Part shown: piece after piece, positions 1-9,533 of the stretch
Layout of the letters: the number at the start of each line of letters is the position of its first letter
Numbering within the stretch: position 1 is the stretch's first letter
NCBI GenBank assembly: GCA_002811645.1
Contig: PDIP01000032.1
Coordinates: 277,213 to 341,212, forward strand
Reading direction: 5' to 3'
Source of the DNA: Corallochytrium limacisporum Hawaii
Lineage: Eukaryota; Protista; Pluriformea
Length of the DNA: 64,000 nucleotides
Translations under genes and position numbers: made by a program
The notes under the pieces: generated by a model
Databases searched by the model: none
What the model saw: only the letters and a program-made list of their open reading frames with translations
Told to the model about the DNA's origin: nothing

Positions 1-120
1 CCCAAACACGACCCCACGGCGGGGAGGGGAGCGGCTTATAGCGTCGGAATGACGGGGTACACACGAAGGGAGGTATTGGCGGAGCACGAGCGCCAATTCG
101 ATGGAACGCATGGCGGATAG
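1..120 (+). CDS. Possible 3' end of a gene entering from the left edge (PKHDPTAGRG...FDGTHGG*)
   Basis: Frame +1 is open from base 1 to TAG at 118-120 and is followed by an AT-rich stretch before the convergent NTPDase stop. No motif recognised. Confidence 0.25.
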   Translation, partial: PKHDPTAGRGAAYSVGMTGYTRREVLAEHERQFDGTHGG

Positions 121-241
121 GCAACATGGGTGATCACGGACAGGAGAACCTACTGGCTTCTGAGATTGGTGTATACATAGAACGTTTTGCTTTCTGCATG
201 TTTCTTTATTTAGTATTTGGCGATTGGGGCAAGACGCTTAC

Positions 242-1768
242 TTACTGGTTGTGCATACCTTTCTTGTAAGCGCTGAGCTCGGCAATGGCAGCACCCAGAG
301 ACCATCCAGTTTCCAGATTCTTGATCTTCTTCTTGATGCTCAACTGCTGGTCTTCCCGGAATCCAAGACCCTCAGTGAGCAACCCGAAGATATAGGCAGC
401 GTCCAGACATTGGAAGGCCACCCTGTCGAGATCCACATCTTCAGGGTGACCGCCGGTCAGATCGTCAAAGGTCTTGTCACAAATCTCCTGAGCCTTCTCC
501 TTGTACATCGCTGGAGTTACTCGCAAGGTGCTATGATCGTCTGCACCATCTTCCTCATTCATAATACCCAAATCAACCGCCCGATCAAAGTAGTAAGACA
601 TGGCCACAAAATGATCTGTGGCAGACTCAGGGTGGGGCACACCAATGCAACACTTTAAGTGTTCAACGCATTTCACGTAATCGGCATCATGAGTCTTGGC
701 CATGTGCAAGTTCTTAACAAACTCGCTCGAAAACAGATCATCCATATCTGCGTAGCACATCTCGTAACTGGCATCAGCCGCACCAGACAAGTCAATTTCC
801 TTTCCCCACAAGCTGTATTGCTCCACCTCTGCATCTGCAGCGAGACAAGTCAGCTTGTTGTCATCGTCAGCCTCAATGTAGGAGCCACGGCCTTCCATGA
901 GACCGTAGAAGAGATGGCTGTACACGAAGAGGTTGTACTCCTGATCACCAATGGGCATAGTGCGGAACGCAGGGCTGACCTCGTCAATGACATCATCGTT
1001 GGTGGCAAACGCAATCTGAGTGGAAGCACCGCCCAGGTCAAGCACACCGACCGTGTTGTCGCTTGGCTCTCCCAAGTTACCCATCAAGAAGTTAACTGTT
1101 AGCCAGGCGTACGCAGCTTCATCTTCACCGTCCATAATGCTCACACCAAGTGGGCCCCGTTGGCGAGGGAAGTCGTACTCGTTCAGAACCTCTTCGATTC
1201 TACGCAGAATGCGTTCCGGCATGGTGCCCTCCAGACGCCGCAGACCCGCAGTGCACCGCACGGCCACAGGAGTCTTTTGCCAGGCATTGATGGGAATTTT
1301 CTGCTGTGCCTGCTTAAGCAACGGAACCAGCTGATCATCAACATCCTCGGGGGTCTTAATACCTATTTTCTTTTCGGATGTACTGTTGCTGACTTGTTCG
1401 AAATACTCATCGGGAATGGCATCGGGGTCGGCGGGGTCGAATTCGTAAATGTGAATACGAGTACCCGTGGAACCGACGTCAAACATAATAACCCGATCGA
1501 GGGGCTTCTCCACGAGAATGCCATTAATAACCTCCTCACCTTTATCCGGTCCTTCATTGAGCTTGGCCAGTTCTTCAAAGTCCCGGTCATTCCAGGTGGG
1601 AGATGAGTCGAAAGCACTAGATATCAAGTAAAAAACAAAAAGCAGAACCACGGCAACGGCTGCTACGGTCACTTTGTTCGGCCGTGGGTTAGTCATGGTA
1701 CCAAACAAAGGCATGTCTTTTTCTCCCGAGCGCCGGGGGATGGGAGAATACAGTCCACCATTCGACAT
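242..1768 (-). CDS. GDA1: GDA1/CD39-family nucleoside phosphatase (Golgi GDPase/ENTPD5-6-like), type II membrane protein
   Basis: All five apyrase conserved regions: DVGSTGTR, CTAGLR, MDGEDEAAYAWLTVNFL, LDLGGASTQ, TGWSLGA. One N-terminal TM helix (VAAVAVVLLFVFYLI). Confidence 0.93.
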   Translation of the reverse strand: MSNGGLYSPIPRRSGEKDMPLFGTMTNPRPNKVTVAAVAVVLLFVFYLISSAFDSSPTWNDRDFEELAKLNEGPDKGEEVINGILVEKPLDRVIMFDVGSTGTRIHIYEFDPADPDAIPDEYFEQVSNSTSEKKIGIKTPEDVDDQLVPLLKQAQQKIPINAWQKTPVAVRCTAGLRRLEGTMPERILRRIEEVLNEYDFPRQRGPLGVSIMDGEDEAAYAWLTVNFLMGNLGEPSDNTVGVLDLGGASTQIAFATNDDVIDEVSPAFRTMPIGDQEYNLFVYSHLFYGLMEGRGSYIEADDDNKLTCLAADAEVEQYSLWGKEIDLSGAADASYEMCYADMDDLFSSEFVKNLHMAKTHDADYVKCVEHLKCCIGVPHPESATDHFVAMSYYFDRAVDLGIMNEEDGADDHSTLRVTPAMYKEKAQEICDKTFDDLTGGHPEDVDLDRVAFQCLDAAYIFGLLTEGLGFREDQQLSIKKKIKNLETGWSLGAAIAELSAYKKGMHNQ

Positions 1769-2421
1769 AGTTTCCAGTCACTGAACTAGACCCGTACTAA
1801 GTGCTGATTGGTTACCACATCACTGCCAACCCTTGTGAGTAACTCACTGGTTTCGACATTTTCATACCACTTCCTCTGTCACCGATACTACGGTTGTTTT
1901 CACCATGGTCCGATTGCTGTCAGTTCACCTCATGCACTCATTCGGCACCAAAAGACTTGCTCTCGCGTGACGAAGCAAAAATAAGGAAGAACCGTTCCAT
2001 TGCCAGTGATAGCGGGAACCACGAGCAGAGGTTGAGTTTTTTTTCTTCACCGAGTGTTAATGAGCTCTGCTGCTGCACACACTCGGTTAGGAAGGGAGGG
2101 GGAGCGACTTCATAGCCAACCGCTTGAGAAAAAATGAAGTTTCCGTCGGGAACTCCCACCTTCCCTTTGGTCTGAAGGGGGAGGGAGGGGCGACCGGGAA
2201 AAAAGGACCGGAGCAAATCATAGGAAACACCGGGAAGGCGATTTTACCCGAAAAGGGACCACCAATATGTCACACTGCCACCAAATTAGTGAGTGTGGAC
2301 CGTCTGCAGGATCGATGTTTTCATTCCTTTTTTTTTTTCCTTCTGTTTTGCGTGTTTTCAATGAACTCCCTTGCCCCCCCCGCCTTCCTTTTCCCGCGGG
2401 AGGAAAAGGGGGTGTTTCTCT

Positions 2422-2577
2422 CTCACTCACTCACTCACTCACTCACTCACTCACTCACTCACTCACTCACTCACTCACTCACTCACTCACTCACTCACTC
2501 ACTCACTCACTCACTCACTCACTCACTCACTCACTCACTCACTCACACACACACACACACACACTCTCTCTCTCTCT
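2422..2577. repeat. Compound microsatellite: about (CTCA)31, then (CA)n, then (CT)n
   Basis: Directly visible. It explains the spurious HSLT-repeat ORFs. Confidence 0.97.
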
Positions 2578-3127
2578 TTCTCGCTCACTCTGGCTCTCTT
2601 TCTCTCCCACCCGCGACCTCCTCCATTGCCAACTTTTTTGTTTTCATTCTTCAAGAATTCTTTGAAATCCGGTTATGGTGGGCCGGCCCCCCTCCCCCCC
2701 TTTCTTTCGCTCGTCAAAGGGGGACACACACCCATCAAAAATTTGTGTAGGGTAGTCTTGGAAGGTAAGAGAGCTAGGCCACCGTCGCCGTCGTCGTTTG
2801 GAGGGGAGAAGAGGGAGGGGGGGGGGGAATGAGGAAGGAGGAGAAGGAATGGAAAAACGAGAAAACGCGGAGAAGGAAATTGGTCGCCATTGCACCGTTA
2901 CCAAACCAACCAACTGACCCGGAACGATTTTTCCCCTTTCTTGTGCGACAACTGCGCCACCGAAAAAGCAAACTTTCCTCTTTCCTCCACCACGCATCCA
3001 ACCTTCCTTCACTCTAAACACACCACAACCGCACATCCAAAAAAAGTCCCTGCTTGCAACGACGAGTCTGCAAGAAGGAAACCACCGGTCGGTCCACACG
3101 CGTAGTTATCGACCCAAAACCAACAGG

Positions 3128-3560
3128 CACACACACACACACACTCACACACACTTTGGCAAGGAAAATGAGTGGGAAAGGAAGGGGGAGGGGACCGGCG
3201 CCTCGAGAACACATACCCCCCCCCCCCCCCTTTCACAATTTTTGCCAAGCGACACAGAGAGAGAGAGAGAGAGACCCAAGAAGAAAACCAATGCAAAAAA
3301 GGTAACAAAAGAACGGAGGAAGGGGAGTTTTTTGTTCGGGTCCGCATCCCCCCCCGTCTTCGACGGGTCCATAAAAGGGAATCGGTAGGCACAATAGAGC
3401 CACTATCGAAAAAGAAACAGCGGCGAGTGGGGACGCGGGCTGTGTGTGTGTGCAAAAGCTGAGCGAAAATTTGGCCCCGGGGCGAAGGAGGGGGGGGGGG
3501 TAGAGGGCGAGAGAGAACACACAGAGAAGAAAAAAAAAAGAGAGAGAGAGAGAGACAGAG
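3128..3560. repeat. Low-complexity intergenic block with (CA)n, (GA)n, poly-C and poly-G runs
   Basis: (CA)n about 3128-3153, C-run about 3215-3230, (GA)n about 3255-3274 and 3539-3560, G-run about 3490-3500. Confidence 0.85.
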
Positions 3561-4817
3561 AAAACATTTGACCCGCTTTGGCCAAAAAGGAAAAGCTCTG
3601 AGTGACACTATCGACCCCCCAAAGGTCCGTCCTTGTGCAGTCCCGCTGCCTCTGTCGCGTTACACTGGAAACTCTGTGTAAGGGCGATCGTGGAATGTCT
3701 CTTTATCCTTGCTTGTGAACAGTTGTGTTTGTTTTCTTTATCATTGTGGCAGCGCGTCTTTGGGTGGGTAGGCGAGCGACGAAATGGCAGTCTCCTTGGT
3801 TCATCGCATAAATGCTCTGCTGCTGGTGCACTCCGGTGTTGTCTCCTAATCTCCCGCCGCCCCCCCCTCCCCTTCCCTATCTTCGATAGACCCATTACCC
3901 GGTATGGCCAACGCATCAGTTGCTTACATATATATTTTTTTAATATTCTTTTGCTTCGTTCGGTTTCGACTTTGTTTTTTTCTTGCTTTCGTGGCCGTGT
4001 GCGTCCAGTCCAGTCCCATCCTTGGCTCTCTCCCTTTGGGTTCGGGCCTGGGCAGTGTTTGTTGCTGCGGTAGGCAACCGTGCATTTCTTGGTTACCCAG
4101 AAGGTCAACTGCACGTGATGGTGGGGTTTTTAATAGTTAATGTACTGAATTTTTGGGCATTTCGGAAGATTGGTGGGGGGCTGATAACATTGCTAGGTTT
4201 TCGTCATCCGTGTTGGCCCCAAGTGCGCACAAGAAATTTCGGTACTGAAACCATGAGGGAACAGGGGACTCGCTCACTCCCGTATCAGGACTAGTTGCAA
4301 TTTTTTGCGGGCCGCCATCAAATTCGCAATCTACCCAGTCCTGGCTTGGTACTGAGTGTACGAGCTACGTTGGGTAGAGAGGAGAGCGAGAGAGAGAGAG
4401 AGAGAGAGAAGGGGCAAGCAGGAAGGCTCAAGCAAGCAAATGCTCCACTCCGCGATACAATAAAAAAAGTACAAAAATATATCCTCTACTATATATATAT
4501 ATGCTAAATATACGGTGTTTTTGTGCACCAGTTGCTCGTTCTTATTAAATAACCTCCACCAAGGCAATCCATACCCCCCCCCCCCGGGGGGGGGGAAACG
4601 GTTGGGCACCCACGCCGGGTTAATTTGGCCAGAGAACTAAAAAAAGGAGAAAAACTCCATGGAACCGAAACAAAATGGAATCTCGGGAGGAAGGTGGCTT
4701 TCAACGGGAAAAAGGGGGGACGAGACGTATGCGACGGTGAAACAAATGGTGGCTTTGTGGCTGCGCATCCTCCAGGCAACATACAGCATGCGCATAGCAC
4801 CCGTTGTCGTTACAGGT

Positions 4818-7800
4818 CTACTGCTGTGCACTGACAGACGGCACCGATAGGGTCTGCAGGTCCACAGGTGAAGACGATGTGTCGTCGCTGGCACCTGTTC
4901 CGCGCAGGCCGGAGACAATGGAAATACGGCTGGAGTCCCGCTCCACGATCGCGCCCCCGCTCTGGGAGACCAGGAGGTCCATTAGCTCCTCCAGACTGGG
5001 ACGCTGGTGACGCTCGACGTCGAAGCAGCGGCTAATCATGAGCCGCCATGGCTTGTAGACCAGCGGCTTCAGATCACGAGGATTGGAAATGGTGGGCACC
5101 AGGTTCTCTTCCACAATCTTAAACAGCAGAGTCTGCTCTTCTTGGTTATCCCAGGCGGGCTTCAGCGTGATCATCTCCAACCATACCACAGCGAGGGCGT
5201 AAATGTCGCTCTGGCGACTGTACTGGCCGTCGACAATGACCTCACGCGCTGCATAGGACGGTGTGAACGTTTGTGATGCAGTGTAGGCCACACTGCCAGT
5301 GATGGTGCGCGAAATACCAAAGTCAGTGAGCTTGGTGTACAGAATACCTTGATCAAGGGCCAGCATAATGTTCTCCGGTTTGATGTCACGATGGATAATC
5401 TGGCGAGCATGCAGATACCTCAAGCCGTTCAGGACCCCTATCATAATCTCCTTGATGACAAACTCATCCATGGTCGCATCCTCAGCATACATCTGCGTGC
5501 TCAGGTTTGGGCCATTGATGAGCTCGAGAACAAAGATCATGTGACCGGAATGGTTCAGACATGCGCCATAGAATGCAACCAAATGAGGATGACGGCCAAT
5601 GAGCTTGAGAATATCGAGTTCCTTGATGGCAGCCATCGCAACAGGATCGTTGGGGCGGAACTTATTGTGTGACCGCTTCAAAGCCACCCGCTTACCGTCA
5701 AAAGCACCCGCGTACACTTCACCAAAGCCACCAATGCCGAGCAAAGAGTTGCCCTGCCACGAGCACATGATGTCTTCGTACGGCACAGCTCCATCACCAT
5801 CGATCAAATCGGCAGCGTTCACCTGCCTGTCGTTGTGCAAACGCCGTTCCATGATGGGTAACAGCTTGCTAAGGTTCGCCTTCTCCGAATAGGACTTGAT
5901 GATCTCCTGCAGCTTGGCCTCCAGGTCCCCATATTCTTCTCCCAGACGAGCTCCCTTACGGTGCGCGAGATATATTGCATTCTTCGCCTTCTCATCGTCA
6001 AGATCCGCCCTCTCGACGAGTATGTCCAAGCACGTCTTGCCGCGATGGATCATTCCCCAGTCTACTGCATCGCAGTAGTACGCAATCAGAGCAATGTAGT
6101 CAACCTTACCCTGCTCCGCCACCATGCAGATAAAAGGTGTCGAACGCAAACTGAAATTCACACTAACACCGCTCAACTGAAGGAAGGTTTCAAGTATCAA
6201 AAGGACATCCTGGTCGTACTTGGGGTCCATAGGAGGCCTCGACCAGCCCTGGCAAATTTCAATCAGAGCACAGCCACAAATCGTCCGCGCATCCGCGGGT
6301 TGGATGAGCTTGGCAAGGTTCTTGAACTTTCTTAATCCCTCTAGTCGACCATCCACGAGCAAATTTACCCTAGGATGCAAAATCTGCATAAGATCCAATG
6401 CGTGACCAAAGAAATCTTCACGTCCATCGATTGCCGTCAGCAGGGGGCTGTCGGGGAAGGACTCCAACTCCAAGAATCCCACCGCCCCTTCGGTGGCAGA
6501 TGACGTTTCGAGGAACAACTTGTACGAGTTGAAAAGGCGACGGCACAGATTGCGATCGAAAGTCTTGATGGCATAGGTCAGCAAGGACGATCTTTTCTTG
6601 CTTCCGCCGATCTTCCATGTGAATGCCCACTCCAGGTCCGCAACCTTTATGTCTTTGAGCGCGGGAAGTCTCTTCTCAGAAGTGATATCCTCATGGCGCA
6701 TCAACACTTCTAGAGCGAAGCATTGTTCTGCCAAAAGTCCAGCTGCCAATTTGGAGCTCTCCGCAATATGCTGACCCAGTAGCAGGCTCAACAGTGCAGC
6801 GGCCATGGCGCAATTGGGCAGGATACCACCGTAGGGAGCATCAAACATGCGCACAAAGTTGTCACCTTCATTGAAGACATCCATGAATCGATAAACACCG
6901 TGCAAAATCAGGTCACGACAGAGTGCTTTCTTGAGCCATCCGTGTCTACCACCGTCCAAGATCGCAGCCAAAATGGCCCAGAAAGAGTCCACACTTTGGA
7001 ATTCTGCAGCCTTATCAATCAGTTGCTTCCACTGCTCCAAAGACGTCCGATAGCCAGTCTTGTTCTCCGATGATGAAAATGCCTTCTTACAGAGACACTC
7101 CACCTGGTACAGGAGGGCAGATGCCAGGACCGCTGGAGCGTCTGTGTACAAGTAGTTGGCTTCGATGCAATCCTGCAGACCAAAGAAGCAGCTTAGGAAC
7201 ATGACCGCAGAGAGATCCACTGCGCTGCGTTGCAGTTCGGCTTCCATCGCACTAACAAGATGCTTGGCGTACGCGAACCCGTTCCTTTGGCTCAGCGCCC
7301 GATCAATACCAACAAGGTCCTTAAGAATCAGCACATCAGCCCACGTTTCAATATGGGCGCCGCCGGCAAGCAGCGCAGTCAATGGTCCACGCAACGCGCT
7401 CTCAATACGGCGGGGTGTTTCCGTCGGGCATGGCTTCTTCTCCGCTTCCATGTCGCCCAACTTCGATTTCAGTGCCACCATCTGGTCCTTGGGTACAACA
7501 CCACCTCTGTCAGCCACAGTCAGGGTAATCACATCCTCGCCAAGATTGATCTGCAAGCGGTCTGGCGTGCCCGTAATCTTGGCCTTACCTGTGGGAGCAA
7601 CCAATTGAGCAAGCATACGTACAGTGACGAATGGGCCCATCCATGGCTCTCCGACAGTCAGGATACAAAACATGCCACTGCTCAAGAGGGCACCGACCAA
7701 TCGGCTCTTGTCATCATCGGGCTTGATGTCAAAGCTACGAACATTAGGGACCATGATGGAAGCGGCATCCAGCTCCAGGTAACTTGAAACGTGCGGAATG

Positions 7801-9533
7801 GTCACCATCTTGGGTACCCTGTACTCTTCCTCATTGAGCACAGCAGCCATCCGTGCGGCCCAAGTCTGGTCTCCGGGTTGTGTCGGATCAGACCATCCCT
7901 CACCCATGCGCTTTGCTCGACGTTTCCGTTTAAAGTACGACTTCTTCCGCGAAAGACTTTCCTTCACAGCGGCGGCCTTGCTGTCCGAGTTTGGAGCTCG
8001 GTCCAATGGCTTGTCACTTGGTTTTCGGCCGGGAACTGGGACCTCTTCACTTCCTCTACTGTCAAGAATTAGGCCTTCCTTACTTGTTCTCACCGCGTCC
8101 AATGGGTCTGATGCGAGTTTTGTTTCCTTGGGATTCATACGAGCTCTTTGTGTGGCAAAACTTGCATTCTCGATCACTGCTTTCCACTTATTGGTGATCG
8201 ACGACCTTTTAGTACCCGAACCTCGACCACTTGATAATTTTCCATCACTCTCCGTACTGTCCCGTGCACGGAAGCTGCTGTATGGAAGCGGCGATGACTT
8301 CTTCTTCGACAGCTTGTCCTTTGAGTCGGAATTCTTCGGAGAAATCCAAGCTTCCAGAATGGCTGCCATGCGCTCCTTCTTTGCTGAGTCGACGTTAGCA
8401 AGGAATTCCTCACTTGCTTTCCTGATCATATTCGATTTCATAGGCTTCAGCGCCGTCCGAGGTGCTGGCTGAATTGCCTTTGCCTCCACTTCCGGCGACG
8501 TTGGTAACCGAGCTGATGCAACGCCTCGGGGAGGAATGGGGGGGACAGGCGTAATTGTATCCGCACTTGAAACAGATGTGAGGACATCTTGAGACTCTCT
8601 GAGGTTTGGTTTGAACTCTTCAGATGTGAGAACGTCCTCGGATTCTCGCAAATTGTCCTTCAAGTTGTCAGTACTTCTTGAAAGGGCAGAGACCGCCACA
8701 ATTTGATCAATGTCTGCCGACTTCACAGAGCTCGCAGTGCCAAAGAGCTCTTGATCCCTTTTCTTTTGTTCCTTATGGGCTACACCAACAGCTCTCATTT
8801 CATTGGCAGTGCCGCCTCCTATGTCTGTGCTAGAACCCTTTGCACTCGAACCCTTCATAAAAGCGGTCAAGGACTCAGCGCGCGGTCGGGTTTCAATAGC
8901 ACTGTGGGTGTTCCTCCTCTGCTGGGGCCTACCTGTTGTTGCCGAAGGCGGTTTTTGGAAGCTTTGAATTGATGCTATGCGGCTTCCCGCTGTTGGCCCA
9001 TTCTGTGCGTTATGTCCATCTGCTGCGCCCTGCGGCTGCTTCATAAAGCCAGCCAGAGATCCGAGGCCTGCTCCCTTGGCTATGCTTTGCGGAGGAGGGG
9101 GTTGTATCTGCCCAGGGGACTTTTGGAACGAAGCAAGAGCAGCATTCAAGCCGTTGCCCTGGCCTGCCAAAGCACTTGGTTGTCCATTTCTGCTTCTTAG
9201 ACTCGCAACTACGTCCTCATCAAGGGACACATCTAGAGGAACACTGTCAATTTCGACACTGATATCAGCTGAGAAAGGGCACTGGCCGGAAGACGGACCC
9301 GAGGGCGCAGCTGAAGCTGTGGGCACGGTTGACTGGTCACTACCACTTTCACCAAAAGGATCTGTTGCTGCAGTGCCATCCACTTTGATGGGATTTCCTT
9401 GGCTATCCGATGTCGCCCGGAAAGAACTCAGTACGGAAGGCTGTGTGTCTGCCGTCTCCGCCGACGGAGAGTCTGTCTCGCTCTGGTTGGGCATCAGAGG
9501 CTTCTTTGTCTCGAAAGCCCCGACGCTTGTCAT
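4818..9533 (-). CDS. 1571-aa multidomain Ser/Thr kinase: long disordered N-terminus, possible PH-like and ankyrin-like middle, C-terminal kinase domain
   Basis: Kinase motifs LGIGGFGEVY, VALK, HRDIKPEN, DFG, SDIYA. The APE motif reads ARE. Ankyrin-like segments SLLTYAI, SPLLTAI, TPFICMVAEQGKVD, GKTCLDIL are tentative. Confidence 0.92.
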   Translation of the reverse strand: MTSVGAFETKKPLMPNQSETDSPSAETADTQPSVLSSFRATSDSQGNPIKVDGTAATDPFGESGSDQSTVPTASAAPSGPSSGQCPFSADISVEIDSVPLDVSLDEDVVASLRSRNGQPSALAGQGNGLNAALASFQKSPGQIQPPPPQSIAKGAGLGSLAGFMKQPQGAADGHNAQNGPTAGSRIASIQSFQKPPSATTGRPQQRRNTHSAIETRPRAESLTAFMKGSSAKGSSTDIGGGTANEMRAVGVAHKEQKKRDQELFGTASSVKSADIDQIVAVSALSRSTDNLKDNLRESEDVLTSEEFKPNLRESQDVLTSVSSADTITPVPPIPPRGVASARLPTSPEVEAKAIQPAPRTALKPMKSNMIRKASEEFLANVDSAKKERMAAILEAWISPKNSDSKDKLSKKKSSPLPYSSFRARDSTESDGKLSSGRGSGTKRSSITNKWKAVIENASFATQRARMNPKETKLASDPLDAVRTSKEGLILDSRGSEEVPVPGRKPSDKPLDRAPNSDSKAAAVKESLSRKKSYFKRKRRAKRMGEGWSDPTQPGDQTWAARMAAVLNEEEYRVPKMVTIPHVSSYLELDAASIMVPNVRSFDIKPDDDKSRLVGALLSSGMFCILTVGEPWMGPFVTVRMLAQLVAPTGKAKITGTPDRLQINLGEDVITLTVADRGGVVPKDQMVALKSKLGDMEAEKKPCPTETPRRIESALRGPLTALLAGGAHIETWADVLILKDLVGIDRALSQRNGFAYAKHLVSAMEAELQRSAVDLSAVMFLSCFFGLQDCIEANYLYTDAPAVLASALLYQVECLCKKAFSSSENKTGYRTSLEQWKQLIDKAAEFQSVDSFWAILAAILDGGRHGWLKKALCRDLILHGVYRFMDVFNEGDNFVRMFDAPYGGILPNCAMAAALLSLLLGQHIAESSKLAAGLLAEQCFALEVLMRHEDITSEKRLPALKDIKVADLEWAFTWKIGGSKKRSSLLTYAIKTFDRNLCRRLFNSYKLFLETSSATEGAVGFLELESFPDSPLLTAIDGREDFFGHALDLMQILHPRVNLLVDGRLEGLRKFKNLAKLIQPADARTICGCALIEICQGWSRPPMDPKYDQDVLLILETFLQLSGVSVNFSLRSTPFICMVAEQGKVDYIALIAYYCDAVDWGMIHRGKTCLDILVERADLDDEKAKNAIYLAHRKGARLGEEYGDLEAKLQEIIKSYSEKANLSKLLPIMERRLHNDRQVNAADLIDGDGAVPYEDIMCSWQGNSLLGIGGFGEVYAGAFDGKRVALKRSHNKFRPNDPVAMAAIKELDILKLIGRHPHLVAFYGACLNHSGHMIFVLELINGPNLSTQMYAEDATMDEFVIKEIMIGVLNGLRYLHARQIIHRDIKPENIMLALDQGILYTKLTDFGISRTITGSVAYTASQTFTPSYAAREVIVDGQYSRQSDIYALAVVWLEMITLKPAWDNQEEQTLLFKIVEENLVPTISNPRDLKPLVYKPWRLMISRCFDVERHQRPSLEELMDLLVSQSGGAIVERDSSRISIVSGLRGTGASDDTSSSPVDLQTLSVPSVSAQQ

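Noticed and set aside
2422-2545. CRISPR- or telomere-like array
   Set aside because: A 4-bp unit with no spacers, internal position, eukaryotic context.
2124-3608. Many ORFs with HSLT, THTH, ERER or poly-Pro/Gly runs
   Set aside because: Artefacts of stop-free microsatellites and homopolymers.
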